The notes below the pieces were generated by a model. The model had not been told where the DNA came from. It saw only the letters and a program-made list of their open reading frames with translations, and did not search any database. A DNA stretch of 63,481 nucleotides, counting the filler, from Choristocarpus tenellus KU-1152 (Eukaryota; Protista; Phaeophyceae), in NCBI GenBank assembly GCA_964200185.2. It is 7 parts of 7 records of this genome, joined end to end, with 100 filler letters (N's around TTAATTAATTAA, not from the genome) between each part and the next. Parts side by side here need not be neighbours in the genome. Positions count along the whole stretch, not along the records: positions 22,113 to 29,825 come from CAXNAD020005702.1; positions 29,926 to 45,713 come from CAXNAD020000927.1; 5 more parts are not named here. One strand, 5' to 3'. This document shows, piece by piece, positions 27,227-40,900 of the stretch. Position numbers and translations under genes: made by a program. Each line of letters begins with the position of its first letter. Position 1 is the stretch's first letter.

Positions 27227-29581
27227 TTACCCTCCCCTTCCATGGTCTACTGATCCAACGAGGCAATCTGCTAGTTGTTCTGCTGCAGCACGGGGGCTAA
27301 TTGCTCCCAATGCAAGCTCTCCCTCTAGCAGTCTTGCCAATGGGTGAAGGAGGGCAAAGAGGGTCAGAAGAGGGGGGGGGAGCAGAAGGAACATTGTAGT
27401 ATCACTAAATCGTGATGAATAATTAATGTATGAGTAATATAGGTGATGGGACCTCACCTGAAAATTCAAGGTGGACTGAGGTGGAAAGCCCTAAGAAGCC
27501 TCAGGTGCAGACACTGATGCCAGACCAGAAAACAAGAAAATTGCACAACTAGTCGGAAATCAGGTGGCCGGGAACCACCTCCAGGCCACCAACTGCGAAG
27601 TGAAAGCTTGAAAAAGCATGACAATATGAAATAATCGACCTATTAATTCACATCTCCGAAAAAGTAATACTCAATTCTGGCGATACCCTGAAACATTCAG
27701 CCATTTTGGACCTATAATGCCTGTCATTCATTTTAACATTCAGGCCGTTTTGCTATATGATGTCAACTATCAGAAGAATGTTAGGGAGCCAGTTGCTTTA
27801 TAATACCCATCATCCACCAAACATTTGAGCCCATCTGCTCTAAAATGTGTGGTTTCATTTGGGACTGTTTCCTCAATCCTTATTCTGCAAAGTGATATCT
27901 TACTATTTACTTCTTCGTACCCTTGATTTTATTTCTTAAAGAAAAGAGGAAGGGGGTCAGGAGAACAAACAATTAATGTGAGAAGGAAAGATATTTGTCC
28001 GCTCTACCTGTTCATATATATATAGATATATAGATATATAGATATAGATATATAGATATATCACCAAAATGTCAAGCTGTGTTTAGTGAGTGTTCTGTCT
28101 TTAAATGTGTGCGTGGTGTAGAAAGAGTACACTCACATTGTAGAGTGCGAAAATACAGGCAGCACAAAAGGCGAGCATACCTAGGGTCGTTGCTGTATAC
28201 CCTACCCAACCACCACCTGTCTGTATCATCTCTACCGACAAAAAACTGAAGCCATTCCTGCTCAAGGTGTGGGCGGAAGCCTTTTTTCTCAAGTGATGTG
28301 AACCCAACCCATACCCTCACTCACTTGGCTAGGGCCTGGACTCTTGAGTTGCGTTCAGCTCGGTCAACGAGGTGCTGTCCTAGATGTGTCATCATCCAGT
28401 ACTTGGCTTGCTGCTGTCGACGTTGAGACAGCAATCCTTGCTTATCCATGGTCTCATGGAACTTGAGCACCTACCTCAAAATCGGATGTTCAAGTGTAGG
28501 GGAGTGAGCAAGGACGGGGCAATAATGGGGGATAGAGACAGCGTTGTCATGGAGGTGGGAGGAAGAATTCCATGTGATTCATGTACCTGCTGCAGGAAAG
28601 GGTACAAACAGCTACTGCATTTTCGCAATCTGAAATATGAAATATCTGGTGGAGTGTAGGTAATGCTAGGTCAATCAAAAAGGCATTCCTTACAGTAACA
28701 GGATTATATACCTTGTCCCACACAATGTCGATGCCTGTGCCCTGCAGGGAAGAACACCTTAGCACCGGAGGCTCCCAGCAGTTGAACTTTCGCTTATTGA
28801 AGCAAAGGGCGGAAGCGTAATCAGAGGCTGTTGCACGGGCAGCGCTTTTGAAAGGTAGGGAAGGGTGGGGAGGGGGGGCAATTGCACTTTCTTAAAACTA
28901 GAGATAGAGCAAGAAACCTTACCCTCAGATACCTTTATTCACCACATATATCCAGGAAGCAACTGAGGGAGAGAAAATTACTAGGGGTAACGTAGTAGAT
29001 ATTCAATGCCCTTCAACTCAATCAGGTAACTGCACATGCACTGCAGTCCTCAGACCAAACACAGCTTGACTCCAAAAATCCCAAGCATGAACTTCTCAAG
29101 ATGCGGACGTTGAAGAATGCAAGCAGCAAAGGACTCCACACTCCACAAGACAAAACTAACAGACACACACACAGCTGCTAATTGGGCAGCATACACTGCC
29201 AGGAGCAACAATTTTGCATTGCTCCTTCTAGCAAAATACAGTCAATGACTGATTTCATGTCCTCACCAGTCCTTCCTATGGTGAGTCCACACAATTTTTC
29301 GTCTCTGCCCCTAGCAGCACCAGCCATTACAGGAGTTATAGTTAAACCAAGTCCAAGAATTGACCTATGTTGTGGAACTACAAACTACAACAAGGGGCAG
29401 GAAACAGCTCCTGTACCCCAAAAAAGTCCAACACAAAACTTGTGATAGACACAAGCATTTGACTGTATCAAAACATGCCCCACTTCTTCAGCCACTTTAC
29501 CATGGTCTCACTTATCAAGTGCCCCATCTGCCTTGTTTACTATGATGGCGTCTGCTACCTCCATGATCCCCTTCTTTGAGC
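27227..29581 (-). CDS. MMAA: Methylmalonic aciduria type A / MeaB (ArgK-family) GTPase, last four exons; 5' part lost at contig end
   Basis: Exons 29581-29512 (SKKGIMEVADAIIVNKADG), 28844-28712 (AARATASDYASAL..WEPPVLRCSSLQGTGIDIVWDK), 28470-28325 (RRQQQAKYWMM), 27332-27227 (LEGELALGAISPRAAAEQL) join in frame. Confidence 0.9.
28014..28061. repeat. (TA)n/(TATAGA)n microsatellite
   Basis: Direct reading. Confidence 0.9.
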
Positions 29582-29803
29582 CTGATTATGGAGAGCAGCA
29601 GCAAGGTATGCTAGGTGCTGAGGATTTATATGTCAAATGTGCCGGCTCATAGGAGGGGTATCCACAGAGCCAGTACAGAAGCATGTGTAAGCATCTTTAG
29701 ATGCTTGTACTAGTGTCAATCAGAGTCGTGCTAGGTAGGGACTGGTACTAGGGAATCATCTACAACCCATGCAGTATGTGGGATGCATGTTTTGCTAAGA
29801 TAT

Positions 29804-29825
29804 GGCTCAAAGTAGCTGGGGGGGG
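29804..29825. mobile_element. MITE family B terminus at contig end
   Basis: ggctcaaagtagctgggggggg. Confidence 0.65.
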
Positions 29826-30270
29826 NNNNNNNNNNNNNNNNNNNNNNNNNNNNNNNNNNNNNNNNNNNNTTAATTAATTAANNNNNNNNNNNNNNNNNNN
29901 NNNNNNNNNNNNNNNNNNNNNNNNNGAATAAAATAAGGAGGAGAGAAAGATAAGGAGGGGAGAGAGAGAGGGATAGGGGGGAGGGGAGAGGGAGGGAGGG
30001 GGGGGAAGAGAGAGAGACGGCATGTTTCCTCGGCTGTTGCCCAACGTGTTTGGACTTGTTCTTCTCCACTACTGGACTCGCTCGACACAGGGTAGTGAGA
30101 CTGTTTACCCTCCTAGTATTCTATAGATTTTTTCTGGAGGGAAGCCAAGTTATTGCCGAGACATTTTCAATGGTTTAGAGGATGATACTCTCAAAACACA
30201 CGGTCTGCGTTGTATATTGTCCAACTTATCACGACTACGCAACCCGTTGATACATGATGTGTGTTTTCAG

Positions 30271-33200
30271 ACCAAGGGATTGTTTCTTCGTCCTCCTGAA
30301 GATGACTGCGGTTGTGATCAATGGGTCGGTAATCGCCGCTGCTCTTCTCGCTCGGTGGCTAGGGCGTTGATCACAACAGTTGTTTTAATGGGAATCGCTG
30401 TACCCCCAACGGCAGAATCGTTGTCTGTGGGGCATTCTCACACCTGTGCTGTTCTCAACGATGGGATTGTGAAGGTCAGTTGGTGCAAAGTTATGCACAT
30501 GGTCTATTGACTTAGATACATCCTACAGTATCGAGTAGGAAGCTGACCTTATAAATCCTGGGGATGATGCAGATGCACTCGGTAGAAGCCAGGTTCTTTT
30601 AATATTTGCGGTGTTATAGTTTGGTCCATTGTTTGGAGTGATCCAATTTTCAGGTAGCAACTCCTCTAGTGCTGCTATGTGACTTACGTACTGTGCATGT
30701 GTAGGTCTGATAGCAATTAAGGATATAGCATAGACAGTACCGTCAAAGTAGGATGTGAGGATTTGTGATAACGGCAGACCAGGTGGCCTACACTTCACCC
30801 CATCTTCTTTTGTACATATTTGGATATTTCAACGCGGTTGCTCCGGGGATGAGCCTGCAAAATGCTATGGCTGTGCGTACTGAGTCGTACTGTACGGGCA
30901 GTGGGAGGGATTACTGGACTTTGTAGCGTATACAATGCCTCTTGCTACCACCTCATCCGCAAGAAATGTAGTACTATTTTAGGGTTCCTCATCTTCCGTT
31001 CTTGTGTGTCCTTTCTCGCTCTGACACTTAGCTAGGTTCCTTTCCAACAGCTTTTTCATGTCCTTTCATGAGGTGTCTGATATTCTATATATATATATTA
31101 GAAACAGGTAGTGCTAGAAGAGAAGCTATGAAAATAGGTGTAACTGTAGTCAGATCCCACCTTCTTTGTCGCACGTGTCATCCCCTGACTCGCCATCCTG
31201 TAGCCCAAACGTCATAGCAAGAACTGAAGTGTTTGGTCAAGAACCAGAGTTATCCTTGTTTGCTGATATGCTATGTGACCGTCATCCATTATCTTCCCTG
31301 CCATGGAGGGGTTTACACCTACCACCATAAGAAGCACCTGGTTTGTTTCATAGGCCAAGCTTGCTCTCCTTGCTGATGTACTATTGCCGGGGGAGATTCA
31401 ATCATGTATGCAAGGAGAACTTTATTTGCCTCCCAGGTCAAGTTTGTCGTTGTAGAGTTTGCACTCCTAGGCACAATGAGCGCTTGGTTTGTCTTTTTGC
31501 AAAGTGTGCTGTGTGCACTGGATAGGAAGGGGTTGCATTCTACTCCATTAGAACTAGTTAGCTTATTTGTAAAAAGCATGGGTGTGTTAAGCTTGGAAAA
31601 CATCTACTACTGAGCTACCCCACATCCCAGGCTCACCAACTTTGTTGGATTGCTCTCGAGTTAAGCAAATGGAAAAATTAATAACTTCAATTCCACTCAC
31701 CCGTCACTGCACCAATAAATACAACGCAACAGTTTGAAGGGTGACTTAACATATTTTCACCAAGGGAGCGTGAAATTTCGCTGGGTAAGTGCATCATAGA
31801 GGCTTAGCATCAGGTAAGATATTGATTGAAGTGCTTCCCTTTGTTATCTGTCGTTTTTCTCTCAGTCTTGACAGAGCACTTATTGCCCTATCCTTTGATA
31901 CTTCCATTTCCTTCTCCCTCTCAACCCCTCTTCCCCAAGTGTTTTGGCAATAATGACTGGGGCCAACTTGGAGTTGGGGACAATTCATCTCGGGGCAGTA
32001 GCATCGAACTATTGGGAGATGCCCTCCCGAGCGTGGACTTCGGGGCTGGGATGCAGGCAATGGCAGTATCAGCTGGGCTATGGCATACGTGTGCTTTGCT
32101 GGAAACTGGGACAGTTAAATGTTGGGGTGAGCACAACTCCCTCTCACTACTGTTGATGTTATAGACAAGAGCCTGGGCTGAGGATTGCACGCTGAAAATC
32201 AGGATCTACATTCATGGGATGGCTTAGATCTGTTACATAGAGCCAATAGTATTGTGCAGTTTTAGGGTGACAATACTCTGATAAAGTAATAGCAAAAGTC
32301 AAAGGTACAGCTAAGAGGTAATGTGAAGGAGCATGGTGCCATGATATGACAGGGAGAATATTTCATTTAGCACCAGTAGAATGTTGGTTGGAGAGGGGGT
32401 GCCTCAATGTAGAGGATTAGGGATTTATTTAGCACGTTTGTCTAATGGTATATTATTGGTTGTCCTGTGGTGGTAGATTTACTTAAGAATGAAAAGACGA
32501 CAAGAGGGAAGTTGGGTTAAGGTCTCATTGAACCTTGTGCAAAATATATACTGTGCTCATGCTTGACATGCACCCAACCTCCGTTAGGAGGGTAAGGTTG
32601 TAATGGAGAAGCTCAGTTGTCAATGTTGGGAAAAAGTGGCCTTCACAGTGGTTAAAGAGACATTTACCACAAGGTATTCATAGCAATACCTAACACCGAA
32701 CAGCAACCCCCTCTTAGATGATATCATTCTTGACCCATAGGATGGAGAGGGTGAAGACAGCAGCTCTTCTATGCATGTTTTGGTGGTACTGTGGCTCTGA
32801 ATAGTACGCTTTCCTTGCAGCAGTCTTAAAATTAGCTTGAAAATCTTGATTTCCAATGAAACAGTATGTGCGCTGAACACTACCTGTACTAAGGAGTGTT
32901 CCACTGGAGGGGTTGTGACATATTTCTTACCATGCCAATTATGGTGTCAATATTTGATGTTTATTTTCATCAAACCCCTTTGCGTAAATGTTGAAATCAG
33001 AGTTCTTACCATTTTCCCTGTTGTCGGGGCTAAATGAAAGGCACATGTATTAAATCCTTCATCGCATTCCATGCATAACAGGCGGTACTGGAAGGCACTT
33101 CTACCCACATTGATAGTTTTGATCACCTCTAGTGGACTTCATATAATATCACATAGTGCTTTCAAAGTCATACAGCCACTATTTACTTTTCCCATGGGGT

Positions 33201-34898
33201 TGGGATTCTGGAAAGAACTTTCTGAATACTGATCCCTAACCAAAAACCCTAACCCTATTAACATTCGCTCGACTCCCATTTCTTGTTAGTCCAAGCTGCC
33301 ATACTCCCACCAATTTGTAACCTCTGTTTCCTTTTTTTTTCCTATATCAGTCACACTCTCCTTTCATACTGCCTTTACTATATTCTGGGACTAACCTGAT
33401 CCGTGGTCAGAGGCACTGCACACACAAACACAAATTCTTCTACTAACCTGTTGCCCTAGGACTAATTGCACTGACTTCATTTATGCCCTGCTTTTTGTGC
33501 AATGACTTGAGCCAGTCCAGCAATTGTTAAGGGGATTTCTACTTTCTCCAATCCCGTGCCGGACTGATTCCAGTGGTCATGTCAGTTGCCATGAAGCCTC
33601 CTTGCTACCTCATTTTCATCGTATTGTTATTATTGTTTTTTGTCACTAGGCAACAGGTAGCATAATACTGGTGTACAGTACATCATGCTCACCATGTTGA
33701 GTTTGGACAATCAAAACTAGATTTCCACAAAAATAGGTGTAATATCCAAGAGGTTCAAACCCCAAATTCATGCAGGGAACAGTCTCCGTTAGGCACTGAA
33801 CCATGAAGACCTTTCCTGAAAATATGTACCAAGAGTTGATAGCTCCTACAAAATATATTGTATAGAGCTGCATCAGTCTCCCCCCTTCCACAGCTCAATC
33901 CTAACTCCATCGGTGTTATGCCAAGATATATTATGTACCAATATTTATGGGGCAGTGGACATTGCTTGAAAAGCAGCATTTGCAGTAACAGACTCATGTA
34001 ATATCCAGTCAATAAGGTGTAATAATGCCATTATATCTTCAATGCAGCAAGAACTCAGCCCTTAACTTTCACGACCTTGACCACAACCCTAAACCTAATC
34101 TAAGGTCGTAATGAACATGGGGAGCTTGGACAGGGGGACACTGTGCCACGGGGCTTGTCGCCTCTTGACATGGGAGACAATCTCACCCCCATTGACTTGG
34201 GCTCAGACTCTACTGGGGCAGCACATAGTGCTGTTCAGGTTGTGGCTGGAGACTTCTTTACTTGTGTGTTGCTGAGCAATAAATCAGTCAAGGTGTGGCA
34301 CTTTGGTTTGTCAGGTGGATGGCTTGTTTGGGGTAGGTTTTTGGAGTTTGTGCACATCTGGTGCCTGAGAAAGTTGTCGGAGCAATTGTTGTCAGAATGA
34401 TATTGTCATCTTTTAGAGATAAACTGGGTAGGAACTTTCCAACTTAACTTTCCAACTGCCCGTTCGATCAAGAGGGTAGGAACTCGACAACTTCTTGACA
34501 CTGAGTATATAGTCCTGTGTGAATTTGTGAGTTTTCACCCCCACCCTGTGCATTGCCTTCCAAAGCACTGTGAACAGGCTGCTGCAGAAGGGCAGAACAA
34601 ACTCTATGTATGCCCCAAATTTTGAAAAGCTCATCATAAACACAAGCATTGAGTAGCACTGATGATTTGTACAGCATACTCCTTGGATTAAATACACACA
34701 TGCACGCCAGAGTGGAAAGTAAAGTGAGGAAAATGGCTTCCATGTTGCCTCTAAAAAATGAAAATCAGCTAAGATAAATTTGTGGCATAATTCCACTCGC
34801 TTTCGGTAGAGGGTTCTGTTTTCTTTGTCTTCAACAGTTTCTTCCATTGCCACACTATTACTGTCCCATTAATTAAACTGAACAAAATTGCACTTCTG

Positions 34899-34958
<60 letters not shown>

Positions 34959-37900
34959 TTCATCCCTCAACCCACTGCCTGTGCACACAAACACATACGT
35001 GTTCTCACCCCTCCATAGGTTGCACCATAAAAATGAAATTGCTACCCCCTTCTTCTGCTCAGCCCTCAATAAGTTAAGAGTGCATTCCGATGTGCCCGTG
35101 TTGTATCAAGACATTGCATGAAAAGGAGTACTTCTGCCTATAGATTAGGAACCGCCACGATCACCCAGTAGGGTGCCTTCGCTCTAAAATTGCCCATCCC
35201 TTCCCCCTTCAATGATTCTGTCGCCAGCGAGGTTGCAATGACGAATGTAACTACACGCACCTCAACCTAAAAATCTCAACAGCACTTCTCCGACCTATCT
35301 TGTGTGAATGCAAATGACTCGACATCTAAAACAGTGCTTCGGCCGGAACGGAGAGGGTCAACTGGGTATGGGATCTGTTGCGGATTGGGGTAACAAGCCT
35401 ACTCACATGGGGGACTCCCTTGCACCTGTGGAATTGGGTTCTAGCATTAATGGACCATACAGGGTAGTGTCCATCTCTAGTACCCCGTGTGCACTGCTTG
35501 ACACTGGGGAAATTAAGGTGGGGGACCCTCGTACATGTAGTACATTGTAATTGTCTTCTCACATTGACAAGGATGACTGCTTGGTTAGCACAGGAGAGGT
35601 TTTCTTCAATCGAGTGTTTTTCTGTTATTTTTTTTGTTACGTTAATGAGATGCCAATCAAGATACACTTTACAGTGTTCTACAACCGGATCATGTAAGTT
35701 AAAAAAAAATATGTTGTCAAAAGATTCAGTGAATCTCTAGTAACATTCATCTACTAGTATATGATATATATATGTAGGAGATACAGGCATTCTCGATGAA
35801 ATATCTTCCCACCAAAAATTGTTGTCCATGATCGCCATGAACTATACTCAGAAGAAAAATGTCTGCTTGTAGAACCCTCTAATGATTTTTTATTTTCCGT
35901 TGCTGTCACGATCAGATTGGTTCATTCTACGTGAACAAATATATTCTTCTGAGAGGACCTTAAAGAAATTCCGATAGAGAACACAAATCCTGATTAGAAG
36001 TGTCTAAGAATCAACTTTTACATGTTCTACATTATTGTATTATTACCTTTGATATTTCTGTTATTAGTGTCACTGTGATGGTTTCATTAATCATGCAATT
36101 TTGTATGGTATACTGAGAGTGCTTATCATGTGCATACTCCTTTAGCCGTTTTGCCAATTGTAGTCCTTGCTTAGTTCTTCCTATGTTGTCCTTTATCTCT
36201 CAGTGCTGGGGTATCAATACCTATGGGACCCTTGGAATTGGCAGTCCGGAGAACCATGGCGATGAAAGCGGGGAGATGGGGGACAACTTGCCTGTTGTGA
36301 GTTGCCACCGTGTGCTATGTTGGGCTTGAAAGTATGCTCGTCTTGTTTGTCCTTCTGAGGAGACTGGTTTCGGCAACAAAGTTTTTAGAATGCATGCATG
36401 TTGTCGTGGGGGGGGGGGAAGTTGGAGAATGAATCTAACCCACTTTGCTCTATCTGACAAGTGTGAACATGTTCATCGTGGAAGCGTTCCTGTTCGTACC
36501 ATGTTCTGCTATTTAATTTATTCTTATTCTTGTTATTTATTAATTACTACTGACCTCTTGTTATAAGAATAATTTCAATTTTGCGGAAATCAGATTGAAG
36601 GAGTGATATTGCACTAGAGGTTATGCTCACTGATGAACAGACGAGATGAACACACTAGATCTACAGCGTGTTGTTGCATCATGTACCAAAAAACAATGCT
36701 CCCTCTATTGTCACAATCATTCACCTTGTGTATTGTTTCCTCCCAAGGTTGAATCAGATGCTGCAGGATACGTGCCTCTCAATTTTTTCTCCTTTCGCGT
36801 TGTTTTTCGCCTTCAATTTATTTATACCTGAAAGGTTGACCTGGGTACTGGCTTATTGGCTGAGGCCATCACCTCTGGCGATAGGCATGCTTGTGCCATT
36901 GTTACAGGTGGACAAGTAAAGGTGTGGACCGAAGTCTTTGTTACTGAACGCTTGCACTCAGCATCTGTGATGTGTCCATGAGGATTACTTTGTATCTCCC
37001 AGACAAAGTCAGTGAATATGGGTGGGCTAGTGCAATTGTATGTTTTTTTTATTTTATCAACGTTTCTTGCAGCACACACCTTTGAACTGTCTACATTAAC
37101 ATAAAATCGATGTCAAAGGTACCACCTTTCCACCTCAAATCATACTGTTTTGCAAGCAAGCTCTATTCATCCACCTTCACATTCCCTCCCCCCTGCTGAA
37201 TTCCAACAGTGTTGGGGAAAGAACACTTCTGGTCAATTGGGACTCGGACATATAGAAACTATTGGTGATGACCCTAGAGAGATGGGGGATTATTTGCAGC
37301 CTGTGGATCTGGGTCAAAACAAACTTCAGTCGGCGGTGGCCATATCAGCTGGATCCAGTCACTCATGTGCCCTTCTTGCAGATGCCTCTCTCAGGTAGTC
37401 ATTCTCCATGCATGTTTAGTGCTTAAAATGCATTAACTTAGAGATTATGACACTTGATGGCTTTATCTTGCATCCTTAGGTACTTTTTAATAGTAATGGT
37501 ATATAGTATCACCACAGAGTAGTAGAACATGGGAAGCATATGAAAAGGTCTGCATCATGGTGTATAGTATTATCACAGAGTAGTAGATCATGGGAAGCAT
37601 ATGAAAAGGTCTGCATCAAGTGCCCCAAACACACTTTTGCAGCAGGCAACGATTTCTATGACATGTGGCATTGAGCAGGTACAGGCAAATGCATCCTGTT
37701 GAAGGTACATGCTATTGAGATACACTACGACGTGAGACAGAAGCACTACTAATACAACTGAGCAGGATCTGTGTTTTTCCTAGTCTACCACAGATCCATC
37801 ACACCCACTGTACTGCATTTGAAACATGAGACAGGCCAAGGTCTAGACACAAGCAGTCAAGATATAAGGCGAAAAATACTTACGAAGGGCAACTTCTGCA

Positions 37901-40900
37901 CCAATAGGAAAAGTCCATTCGTGTCATTGAGTTTGTAGGATGACATCTCCCTCCAGCATCAACTCCCCGTGTACCTCCATATGATATTATGAACGTTTTC
38001 GGTTTCATACGTCCATGCCCCCACTATTGTGTTCGGTCTAAAAGGTGTTGGGGTAGGAACTTCTACGGCAACTTGGGCATAGAGACCTTTCGAAGCGTTG
38101 GTCACAGTCGATCAGCTCCGACTGCCTTGGCACCTGCTGTAGACTTGGGGCTTGAACTTGAGGCTCTGGCAATATCTGCTGGTGGGGAGAGTTCCTGTGC
38201 TGTTCTGAATGATGGCAACGCTAAGGTGAAATATATTCTTACTACAAGGTTTGTTTCTAAGTAGATCTCTAACACTGGTACTTGAGTACTTCAACTTTTA
38301 TCAGTGAAGAGGGGAGTAACAATCATCGCCAGGGCCACGAATGTGTTGAGAGGATCTTTGGTGTGTGGTCAATCGGAATTTGGAACGTTCAATGCAATCT
38401 AGTGGCCACTCTCTACTAGTGAATTTTGTTCCACAAGTAGTTCAAGTGGCATAGATCTGTTGTACCAGATAGAAGGATATTTCAACACCGTATTTTGTGG
38501 TTTTACAAGCAGTGTAGAGGTGTAGATTCTCATCGTTCCGTGTATTTTGTGCTTCTGCTAGTTTCTTGACTAGTTTCCATTGCGCAGTGGAAGGATGCCT
38601 CTTCTTGAGTAGTGTTTTGATATCATTGAATGATCACTACCCATAACCACTGCTCATGACCCCCTAAGCATTTGGATCCCTTTTCTTACACTCTCTTGCT
38701 TCATAATACCCTTAACCCCCATCTCTCACTCCCCTAACCTGGCATGTCGGGCAATGAAGTGCTGGGGAAAGAATCTTGGTGGAGAGCTTGGTGTGGGGGA
38801 TACTTACAACAGAGGGGATGATGCCATGGAAATGGGAGACTACTTATTGACTGTCGATCTAGGCACTAATGTAGCGGTTTCTGCTACGGGAGGTGGATTC
38901 TTGGGACTCTTCAGCCTCGACACTCCTGCTCCCACACCGGTGAGGAAAAACATTTAGAAGATATTTCGAAGCAATACTTGGATATTTACTTTCCTCCCCA
39001 AATTATCTGTGAGTACTCACTCCATTTATATATTTATACATTTTGTTTGGGTCGAAGTAAGCGAGAGGTACCCAGATTTGGGCATTTTTCATTACAAGCC
39101 AGTTTTTCAATATTTGCAATTCACCTTCATAATCATCTCTACGGATTCAGTGGTAAGTTTGACTTGAGAGGGTTCATTTCTCTATTGTTTGAGATTTCTC
39201 GACATGATTTCAAAAAAATCCTGCACGCATTTGTAAAAAAAAAAAAGTCGAATTTTGCATGTATTTGACATCCTTAAAATGTAAATCTGGGTACCTCTTG
39301 CACATACTTTGACTCTTCAAGGTATACCCAAAGAACGGGAAGTTCTATCCATGAATCGCTGACAATAGTAAGAAATAGACTCATGGTAACTTCCATGCTC
39401 TTATTTACTTTCCATGTGGTGGGAGATGTAATTGGAGGTCAGAAGTTTTGCTTGATTTCTTTTAATTTGTCAGCTAAAATACATTATGGTCGGGTTGACT
39501 ATTGGGAACAATTAATTTGTTGAGATGGTAGGGTTGAGTACATGAACCGCTTAGCATCATACATCCCAATAGAGGGATAAAATTGTCATATCAAACCAAC
39601 AGGATGGGTTCACTTTGCAATCTTTTCTACCCCCAATGTTTTAATAGGTCTGCAATGCTTACAACTACTTGTGAAGTAGTGTACAAATGTTAATGTTGTT
39701 AGTGCGTTCAGGACGTAATATCATCTATCCCCACTGTCCGCATGCCTCAAACAATGCTTTACCTGATAGCAGAATTTGTGATTGCTTGACTGTTCTTTTT
39801 TACCTCTAACCTTGTCGTTCATGTAGTATTGCTCAATTTGGACATAAGAGCAACAGATTGCAGAAAAGGGTGACTCTACCCAGAAATTAGAAACATGGCA
39901 GGGCTTACGCATCATACTTTTTTATGTATCTCTTACTTCAACTGTGTAATGTAGGTGGAGGTTTAGCACACTTAACAGTTGCAAAGCGAAGGTAGCCCCA
40001 AGATACTGTAAGAGGTCTAGCAAAACTATTTTGATGTCTTGGTCTTGGTACTGGCTCAAAGTAACTGGGGTGGGGGGGTCTACGCCAGGGTATCCATTCG
40101 GGCCCTGACCAGGAGAAGCGCACTTACATTATCCATCGGACGCATGTAACCAAATCATACAAAAAAAATCGCAACATGAAATAATGGGCCCCGAATGGAC
40201 AGCTGCCACCCCCTCCCAGATACTTTGAACCTACTTCCTTACCATTTGCTCCTCTTGTTGATGGTGCCCTTTTCTGGCAGCATGGAAAAAACAACTCTTC
40301 ATTGCCCAAATGTCTGGCTTTATTTGTTCTTGTCCATTTTCCCAACTGAACACATGCAAACTTTTCGTATTGGCCATTTGGACTACCTAATACCGAAGGA
40401 ACCTGTACGATCAGCAAATAATAATAATAATAGTAGTAACACATATGTACAAAATACTTCCAAACCTCAAGTAAAATAAAAATTGTTTACACACCAGCAT
40501 TCACCCACACTACGTTCATGTTGTCGGTAAAGGTCAAAATCACAACTCATCAGTGATTTTTTTCCTGGAATGAAATGGTTATTCGCTTGAAGCAAGAACT
40601 GAATCAAACATGGAAATGTTGTCTTCACTCCATCAGAGCCCTCAATTCTATTACTTGCCCTAATCCTCCCTTTAAAACCCATCCCCATCCAACCTCCTGC
40701 TTTCCACCTCTATACTCCAGGCACCTAAGATAGTGCAATCTCCTGCACCATCAGCAACAGCACCACCAGTAACAACAACGACAGTTCCTCCCACCACCAG
40801 GGTATCAACACCATCTCCATCCCCATCTCACTCTGAAACATTGTCCCCTTCAGCTGAGCGTACGCTGGACCCAAATTTATCCTTGGAAACCTCAGGGGTT

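Noticed and set aside
33234-33258. CCCTAA telomere-like units (also ~34087, ~61414)
   Set aside because: Only one or two units each, inside introns; no array
34769-35069. ORFs with CVCVCV tracts
   Set aside because: Translations of the (AC)n microsatellite
37496-37617. Direct repeats as a possible CRISPR array
   Set aside because: Two adjacent copies without spacer in a eukaryotic intron; no cas genes
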